A stretch of DNA of 64,000 bases from the human T2T-CHM13v2.0 reference genome, Homo sapiens, in the NCBI RefSeq assembly GCF_009914755.1, contig NC_060932.1; one strand, written 5' to 3'. Within the stretch, counting starts at the first letter, position 1. The number at the start of each line of letters is the position of its first letter. Position numbers and translations under genes: made by a program. This document shows, piece after piece, positions 54,700 through 64,000 of this stretch. The notes under the pieces were generated by a model. That model saw only the letters and a list, made by a program, of their open reading frames with translations, ran no database searches and was not told the origin of the DNA.

Positions 54700-57600
54700 C
54701 TTCCTTCAATTAAATTAAACAAGTATCTGCTGAGTACCTATTAGGTACCGAGCACTGTGCTAAACAATAGGCAATAAGTGTACAATTTTGTAAAATGACA
54801 CTTACCTAGCTCTCAAAGAACATATAGTCTAGGGAGGGAAGAAAAACAAGTCAATAAGCACATTAAATCATCTAATAAAGAGGTGTATTCTTCCATTCTC
54901 ACACTGCGAATAAAGACATACCTGAGACTGGGTAATTTATAAATGAAAGACAAAGACTGGGTAATTTACAAAGGAAAGAGGTTTAACTGACTCACAGTTC
55001 CGCCTGGCTGGGGACGTCTTGGGAAACTTACAATCATGGCGAAGGCACCTTTTCACAGGGTGGCAGGTGAGAGAATGAGAGCCCAGCGAAGGGGGAAACC
55101 CCTTATAAAACCATCAGCTCTTGTGAGAACTAACTCACTATCATGAGAACAAGATGGGGGAAACTGCCCTCATGATTCAAATATCTCCACCTGGTCCCTC
55201 CCATGCATGTGGGGATTATGAGAACTACAATTCAAGATGAGATTTGGGTGAGGACACAGTCAAGCCATATCAAGAGGTAACCATTAGATGCTTTGGACAC
55301 AGGTAGAATGGGTACCTAAACTTGTCTTAGGTAGTCATGGGATGTTTCTTGGAGGAAGAGATGAGTACACTGAATCCTAAAGGATTAACAGTAGTTAGCC
55401 AGACATAGAAATACGTGTGTGTGTGCAGGCCAGTGAGGTGGAATAATATTAGCAAAGTATTAATGCATAGTTAATACAATGGTATAAACAAAGGTCAAGG
55501 AGCAGTTGTATCCCTTAAATGTACACAAATTTAAAAAAAGGAAAGCAAGGTAAATGCATGGAATTGCATATACTACATACAAGACTGGAGCTCATAGTGG
55601 GAGGGGTAGAGTAGGGGTTCCGTTTTTTAGCAAGAGATTAGGCTGAAAAGTAAGAAGTGGCCAGATCATGCAGCATTTTTACATTGCATACTAAGCAATG
55701 TGGATGTCTTTTTCTGATAGTTTAGATTTGACATCGTTGGTTTTCAGGAAGACAACTGACAGAATCAGATTTGCTCTCTGCAAAGAGTCCTCTGACCCCA
55801 AGGGAGGGAATGGATTTGGGGTTAGGGGCAGATTCCAGGTATTCCTTGAATCTGAGAGAGAATTTAGGGGGCTCCTAAGGATGGGCCTAATGTCAATGTA
55901 GATAAATGGACGTGTTTGAGAGATAATTAGGAAGAAGAATCAATGGGTATGATTTGCTGAGAGGGGTGAGGAGAGAGGAGTCAAAGATGGTATCCATATT
56001 TCAGGGGGATCAGGATGTCATTCACTGAGCTTGGGAACACAGAGGAGGAATAGTCTCTTTAAGAAGGAAGGAGGTTTGGAGAGAGTTCAGTTTTGAATGT
56101 ATTAAGACTTTAGTGGCTGTCATACACCAGAGTTCTCCAGTTTGATATGTAGATCTGAAACTCAATAGAGTTTTCAAGGGATATAAAGAGTCTTGGAGTT
56201 ATTAATACATCAACAGCAATTGAAATAGAAGAACAGACCAGAATGCCAAAGAAGAGTATATAGAATGAGAAGACAAGAAAGGCCCCCAGAAAATGCCAAG
56301 TAACTCCATTATTTAAAAAATGAGAAGGGAAGGTAAAGATTGAGATGGAACCTTTAGAGAGAAAGGAAACAGTGTTGTCATGGAAAGCCTTTTCAGGAGA
56401 ACAGCATGCTTACCGCTGCCAAAAGGCACTGATTAATTAATTAAGACAAAGGATGGAGAGCGTCCTCTGGACTTAACGATGAGGAGTCTTTGACCTTGTT
56501 GGTAGGTATTTCATTGGTGATGGATGCCAGATTCTAAAGGGTTAAAGATTGAATTAGAGGTGAAGAAAAGAAGAAAGTAAATTCAGACATCTCTTTAGAG
56601 AAGGTTGGTTTTGAAGGGGTGAGAAGTATATGGTGGCAGCTGAAAGACAGATGGTTTTGAGGGGAAGCAGAGGGGAGCAGGTGCTGATTAGGCTGTAGAG
56701 ATCATGGAGGCTGAAGTAGAGAGAGGGTGCTAATAATGAATGACTGCAGGCTAGAAGGTCTGTCATGAGTGGCATCTAGGATTCAGGTGGACTCATTAGT
56801 CTGAGATAGGAAGGGGGGTTCTGTACCTTTTATGACAGGAGAAAATAACAAAGGATAGGTGTGGACGGGTATGGTGGCAGGGAATTGAGGAATTTGCCAT
56901 GTGATGGTTTCTATTTTGTCTGTGCAGTAGGAGGCAAGATTTTCTCCTGGGCATTAGAAGGGAGGTGGCTGGGTGGGAGGTTTGAATGGATTGGAGAAGG
57001 TTTTAATAGTTGCTATGGAGAGTAGAAAAGGAAACTGAGCAGGGAAGGATAAGAAAATTCCCAGGCAACACTGAGGGTCTTGTTGAACTTGAAGCTGACA
57101 AATTTTAAGTGACACCAAATCTGTTCATGGATTTATGATTTTTTTTTCTCTAGCGGAGAAGGCAGACTCCAGGGCTGGAATTTTTCCAGTTGAGTGTGGC
57201 AAAAGATTGATGAGGCAAGCTATTTGAGGGCAGTGCAGTGGTATGGTTGAAGTGATTAACCATGGGTTCATGGTTGGGCAGAGAGGAGATGATGATAGGA
57301 GAGGTGTTGAAAGATCAGGAGAATGTAGAAGAATCAAGGGAATGGAGCTTAAAGAATGGGTATAGTGCAAAGAAGTGAATAGGAGAGCTGTAAGGAAAAG
57401 AAGCCATAGTTAGAAGGGGAGATTTTGGATTTCAGAATTGCATCAGTTTCAGAAAAGGGTGATATTTAACATATGTAACTGGCATGACATGGAGACTGAC
57501 CAGTCAGAGTGAACAGCCAGTACAGCCATACTGGTGTGTACCTCCTGTTTCTAGGGTGTGGCTAGGGAATGCAGGTTATCATTATTGGAGCCAAAGAAGG

Positions 57601-58400
57601 ATTGTAAGTTTGAGTACTGGATGAATCACTCACATAAATATTGAATTTTCCCAGACTTATGATGAGACTTGAGAATGAAAAGGAAAATCATAAATCTGAC
57701 ATGAACATCATTGATCAATGAGAGGCAATTTCTGTCAATATCATTCCAAGGTATTTTCAGACTGGATAACAGTGATGTAGAGAGGAGAAAGGGGTATGCC
57801 CTCAGTCAATCAGAAGCTCTATAGGACAGTAGCAGAATTATATCTGGAACAGCATTGGGAAAAGAGGCACATGAACCCCTTTTGTCAATCTCGAGACTTG
57901 GAATAATAAGCGTCCATTTGGGAGGATTGCACGGGACAACTTTTCTTGAGAAACCAGGTTTCAGTTAAGACAGGACACTGGAGGGAATATTAAAGAAGAG
58001 ATTGAAGATGTCGTAGAAATGTTTTAAAAACCGTGGAATGGACAGATTTTGGAAGGAGGAGAGTAGTGGGAGATTGACTCAGGGAGGAACATAAAGCCAT
58101 ATGGGAATGTGCAGACAGGAGGAGCTAGATGATTGCGGAGGCTTACATTTTGAGTGTGAGTTTGGATGACCAGAATATAAGGCATGAAGGGATTAGCAGG
58201 CTTCAAGGTTTCCAGATAATTAGTCCTAGCAGCCTCCCAATGCATACAAGATGGGGAGGAAAGGAACTTAGGCTAGTGTGGCCGGAGAGAGCTATGGACA
58301 GAAGTGATTGAGTTTCCAAGAAATCCCAGGACAAGTGAGTGGGCTGTCATTGGAATTGGTTCCAGGACTGTGACCACATGTTGGAGACAGCTAGTCTCTT
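54700..58400. mobile_element. Long degraded L2 LINE
   Basis: L2 tail-like sequence at ~54710-54830 followed by kilobases of GA-rich L2-like sequence; boundaries approximate. Confidence 0.65.
54884..55272 (-). mobile_element. MST/THE1 MaLR solo LTR with perfect 5-bp TSD
   Basis: agagg|tgtatt...ccatatca|agagg; internal ~30-bp tandem duplication of agactgggtaattta.aaa.gaaaga. Confidence 0.92.
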
Positions 58401-58993
58401 GCGGGACATATACTGTGTCTGGTTTTCCTATAGCAGAGGACACCTGCAGTGTGACTTAATTGTGCTGGAGTTAAGAACAACATTCTGTCCTCAAGTGGAA
58501 GCCACAGATCCCTTAGTCCTGAGGGGGAGCAGAGATGTATTTAATTGGCAGATAAGGATTGGAATCAGTGAGTTCTCAGCTTAGTATGCTGTGGGTCATA
58601 CAGGCATAGTGTTGAGAAGCATACTGGTACTTAGTTGACACTTATTTAATAATCAGGCTTTAATTAGTTATTTATAAATGGAGCGATGTGCATTGCTCTT
58701 TAGATTTTACAGTAGGGTGGTAGGATAGGCTTAAGCAGTGTCTCACCTAGGTTCTCAAGTTCTTCTTTGAGGTAAAAAAAATCAAATCAAAGGGTCATGA
58801 GGATTGCAGTTTGTGGTAGAGCTTGAGCATAGGGAAGAAGAATTAGTGAGCAGAGGGGTATTAGAAGAATGACTATGTGACAAAATAGCTAAGGATACAG
58901 GAAATATGATGGAGCTTGACTTGCAGGTGGATATAGTCTCTCTGTGTTCTAGCTCTCTAATACAATGCTTTGCATAGGTCAGGCTAATATCTA

Positions 58994-59245
<252 letters not shown>

Positions 59246-60922
59246 TTAAATAATAATGTTTGGTGACCTACAAAAGGAAAAAGTCAGAAAAACATTCTTC
59301 ATCCAAAATGGTACCTCAATACTCACAGTGAGGGTGAGAGTAGAATCTAAGTGATGGGAATAACTTTAATGTAAATGGTGAGAGTTACATGTATTGAGGG
59401 CTCGAGGAATTCTATTCTTTGGGTACTTGCTATATGGTAGACACTATTTTAAGTCCTTTATATGTAACACATTGAATTCTCAGTTACTTTTGGAACTAAG
59501 GCCTACTATTTGTCCCTATTTTGTAGGGGCATTTTCATAAATGAAAAAAACTAAAGTGTGAAGATATGAGACACTTGGCCCAAGGCCACAGAAATGGTAG
59601 AGGAACTAAGGTTTAAACTCAGTTTATACAAATCCCAGGTCTGTTTTTTTTTTTTAAACACTATACTACAGTGCAGCATGCAGTCTCTCTGTATAAATAA
59701 ATATTTATAGGAGACTATGGATGAAGGATAATAATAAAAGAAATGTGCTCTTTTTCCTTGGCCAGGTCAGAGTAAAGCAAGTGCAGTACGTATTTGGCCC
59801 TTAAGTGACAATTCATGTACTATTTATTAGTTGCTTTGGGCATAACTGAACTTGGGAAAATGCAATTTGGAGCTAGAAATGAATGATGTTGAGAAAAATG
59901 CCCCCATTTGAATTTAAAATATGGGAAAAATTCACTAATATTTAATTGTGAAGATAACCTTCACAATTAAAGGTGTCTCTTATATAAGGTGTCTCTTGAA
60001 AAAAATTATACCACCGAAGCTCCCCTTTTTATGTGACCAAACTCATAAGCATCCTTCAAGACCCAGCTGTCATTCTTTTGTGAAGTCTTTGACCATTTTC
60101 TGAGATAGGGAGCTTTTGCTCTCATTGTCGCAACTTGTATGATAACAGCTGACCCTCGTTGAGCATAATCGTATATTGGGAATATTGTAAGCAGTTCACT
60201 TGTTTTATTTCCCCGTAGCAGCTCTGTGAGATGACTGTCACAATCCCCATTTTACGGAGGGAGAAATTGATGTGTTTTGAGATTAAGAAACTCTTCTGAC
60301 ATCATGTGGTTAATGAGTGACAGAGACTGAATTCAAATCTTTTGTTTTAACTGCAGAGCTATCTGCCTTCCTTGTCACACTGATTCAGTTGTCTTTTTCC
60401 CCCTCCTCCAACTCTTTCTAAATCATTCATTTAAAGTATTGAAGATGCTATTTTAGCGTTGGGAACACACTGGTGACCAAGCACGCGCTTCTCCCCATCA
60501 TGCTTTCAGTCTGAGTGAAGGATGGAGAAAAAAAATCTTCCAAAAAGAGACAATAGCATAAATAAAAGACCTGGAAGGGACAGATCCCAATCATTCCCAG
60601 AACTGCCTATGTGGTGGGAGCGTAGAGGTCACTGAACAGAAAGAAAGTTGGGTCTTACAGTTGAGCAGCCTGTAGACCTTAAAGCTTCTTCCAACTTTGT
60701 AAGGAGTTTGGGATACCATCAGTGAGAATAATGGGAGTCACTCAATGTTTTTTAAAAAACTTAGGAAATGTTGACTTAAACAATATGTGAAATTTACATA
60801 TTGACAATTAGTGACTTTAAAGAAACCAACCAGTCTGTGGTTCATGTTCAGAAATTCTCATTCAATAAGTTTTTCAAGAATAACAATGAAAGACATGGGG
60901 GGAAACCAATAAAACGTAACAC

Positions 60923-60928
60923 TTTATT
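60923..60928 (-). terminator. Distal polyadenylation signal of STC1
   Basis: tttatt on + = AATAAA on -. Downstream on - strand reads ...catgtctttcattgttattcttg (GU/U-rich). A second AATAAA lies at 61120-61125. Confidence 0.8.
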
Positions 60929-61843
60929 ATTATTTTTATCTTAGAAGGAATTCACCAAAGGCTTCATATTATGCTATGGCATCTTTAATTATAAAAATAA
61001 GCAAATAAAATAACTTGCATCTGTCATTACCATGATATGTTTCATAACCTTTATATGCACATGGAGCTTAAAAATGTAATTTAACAATAAATAATGACAT
61101 ATACCAGATATGCTCACTGTTTATTCCAGTACTCAGCCAAAAACCTAAATATCATTTAAATTATAAATACATAATGCAAATATAATGGCACAAAAATGTC
61201 TAAAGTGCAACCAAATCACAAGAGAAGAATCATGCAAACTGGTCTAGGTCAGCCCCCGAATCACTCTGCAGCAAACACAAGACGAAGCTTTGGAAGTTTA
61301 AGGGGGAATTGGAGGGAGTAGGGTGGGGGAAAGAGAAGCAAAAAACTAGCAACATTGTGAGAACTGCTTCTTTCTGTATGTGTAGATATATGTATTGTAG
61401 ATACATATATAGATATCATCGTGGGGAGAAAAGGGGGGGTACCACGGTTTGAAGAGGTCACAGCCAAAAAAAAAAAAAAAAAAAAAAGAAAAGAAAAAAG
61501 GAAATCTACTGAACTGAAGAAAGAGAGAAATTTGCTAGGAATACTCATGAACTACTTGTCGCATTGGGGTCCTGGCTTAGTTGGGTTTGCAAAATGGACA
61601 CAACACACAAACTTTAATAGCTTTTCTGATTCAGAGAAGTCAGCCTTGCCTGGGGGTGGGAAGTGTGGGAGGGAGGGGAAGAGTCTAACTTAGAATATGG
61701 TCTACCTGATTTCCAAGAGGCTAAGGCAGTGTCCATAAGTTTGGGGACCTGGGGATGGGACAGTTCTGAGTATAAAAATGCCCTTAACAATCTGATGTCA
61801 GCACGCTTAGAGGCTGTGTGGGGACAAAGGCAGCAATGTTTGT

Positions 61844-61872
61844 GCTGCTGCTGCTGCTGCTGGGTCTGCTGC
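61844..61872 (-). repeat. Short (CAG)n tract in STC1 3' UTR
   Basis: tgctgctgctgctgctgctg ggt ctgctgc on + strand; about 6 uninterrupted CAG on the mRNA strand. Confidence 0.9.
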
Positions 61873-63751
61873 AATTGCTCTTGGTCCTTGAGCAGCACGT
61901 TACTGGTTTTAAAGGCTTTATGGTAAAGTTGTATTGCTTTTCATTTTTCTGGAGATGTGCCCTCTCTCCTCCCACCAGGATCCCTATCACTCGATTTGGT
62001 CAAATCTTGAGTTTAGCCTAGTGAGAGTCAAGCACCAATAGTTTCTACCTAAGCGAGTTTGGAGTGGCCCCTGCAGTCCTACCCCTCCTCCCTCTCTTCC
62101 TCTCTTGACATTGACCTTTGGTGGGCAGTGACGCTCATAAGGGACTGTTGGGTTCAAGGACAGTGACCCTGAGAAACTACTGTTGTTCATAGATAGGTTA
62201 GTCGTTTGACTTTGGTGGTCGCCATCTTGTAAACATCATGGCAGAAATGATCAAACCACCAGCTCTTTTTCCCTCTTTCTTTCTTTTTTTTTTCTTTTTT
62301 TCTATTTTTTTACGATCCTACAGAGATGGTCCAGCTGCCAGGACTACTTTGGCAGGCAGCGTGCTACAGGACGAAAATGTAAGAGAAGTCTATTAAGGCT
62401 GGACAGCCCAGGGTTATTTATACTCTCTCAGCCCCAAGTCCCCCGGACTAAAGACCTAAAGGCTGATTGACTCATTCCTGATTGATTTAATGGAAAGTCT
62501 CCCACCCCATCATCATTTGCCAGAGTACCAGGCACCGATGAAAGGGGACGAGTAAAGAACTGCCACTTCCTAATGTATAGTAGGCCTTATCACACTGTAA
62601 GTGGTCCAAGCCCATAGGGATGCTCTTTTTGGTTCCTGGAATTTCCAGTTGGATGTGACAGAGATCTTTCAGTATAGGTCTAAGTCAAGAGTAGCCTCTG
62701 GGTTGAGGTGGGCTGGGAGATTAACATCTTACCTGGGGTCCTTCAGATAAACCTGTTGGTTTTTCCTGTCTCATACAGGCCCATCTTAAGTTTTGATGTT
62801 GAATTAAAACTACTTCTACCCCCTTAGTTATAAAAAAGGCCACAAGGAGCATTTATGTGGATATCTGGAAGTGAGATAGTTATTCCATTCCCAGGAAAAG
62901 AAAAATAAAGCTAAGTTACAAAACTAAATCTATATGCAATAAAGTTATTATATACTGCTTTGTTTAAGCAGAGTCCTCTGGAATTTATGTACAGTACATT
63001 AGTTTTCAGCTATTTATATTCCACAGTTAGACCTTAAGATTCTCTGGTTTTAAGACAATTGTTAAAGATACTTTTAAAGCTCTGAGCAGTTACAGTACGT
63101 AAAGATGTTAGCTTTTTGTTTTTCATTAGATGCAAGAAGATGCAGGCTCAAAGTCTGGTTGGACAGCCAGGCTCAAGCAATTTGGTAAATGTGTCGGAAA
63201 GAAAATTAGACATTGGAGGATCAAGACCATAAGACACTAGCTCATTAGAGATCAAGAATTCAAATGTGACATTCATATTCGTCCATGGCCAGCACAGATT
63301 CATAACACGAATTCCATTTAACATCTTTATGAGCATTTAAGACATGCATTTAAATAAAGTTTCCTTATCAGCTAACTCTACTGGGGCAACCGTTCTAAAG
63401 GGATCCACATCTTCAAATTACAATGGCTGGAGAGTTACATGAATGTTTTGTGTTTGGGGGTGGTCTCAGGGGAGCAGGGGAAAAACATGGCAGAGGAAGT
63501 TGGTAAAAGAGGGTACTTTCTCCTGAGGAGAGGCAGAATGGTCACATGGATTTTGTTGGTGGGAATGCTGCCATTGCAGAATGTTGGGATATTGATTACA
63601 GAAGCCTAGTTTCATGCAATTTTCTTTAAGGGGGATAGAAAATAGGAACTACTTTAAAAAAATCAAACCAGGCACAGTACACTCAAAACTGGTGTGTCAA
63701 CACCCCTAAAATGATACTAGTTTGGTGAGGTTGTGAATAACCTCTCCCTGG

Positions 63752-64000
<249 letters not shown>

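Larger units (their letters stand above)
60903..63751 (-). other. STC1: STC1 3' UTR (~2.85 kb)
   Basis: Directly follows the stop, contains no recognisable TEs, has U-rich, AU-rich and CAG tracts, and ends at an AATAAA with GU/U-rich downstream sequence. Exact cleavage site estimated. Confidence 0.88.

Noticed and set aside
61614-62021. Poly-Q, poly-C, poly-S and poly-L ORFs
   Set aside because: Alternative readings of the short CAG/CTG tract in the STC1 3' UTR.

Overview
Primate genomic DNA, most likely human. The only protein-coding gene is stanniocalcin-1 (STC1) on the minus strand: the window ends inside its last coding exon (63752-64000), followed by a ~2.85 kb 3' UTR ending near 60900. 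In human this places the window on 8p21.2, 3' of STC1. The other ~60 kb is repeat-rich intergenic DNA: Alus, nested L1s, L2/MIR, MaLR/ERVL solo LTRs, hAT fossils and a 5'-truncated EIF4A1 processed pseudogene. Nearly all supplied ORFs are incidental. I found no new protein-coding or RNA-gene system. The most unusual signal is structural: four short local templated duplications (two direct, two inverted, 130-270 bp, 0.7-2.5 kb from their donors), a TIR-bounded 255-bp unit whose exact end was copied into a neighbouring Alu, and a 1.2-kb Alu-spacer-Alu cassette inside a single TSD. Repeat subfamily names and most repeat boundaries are by-eye estimates and need RepeatMasker/Dfam.
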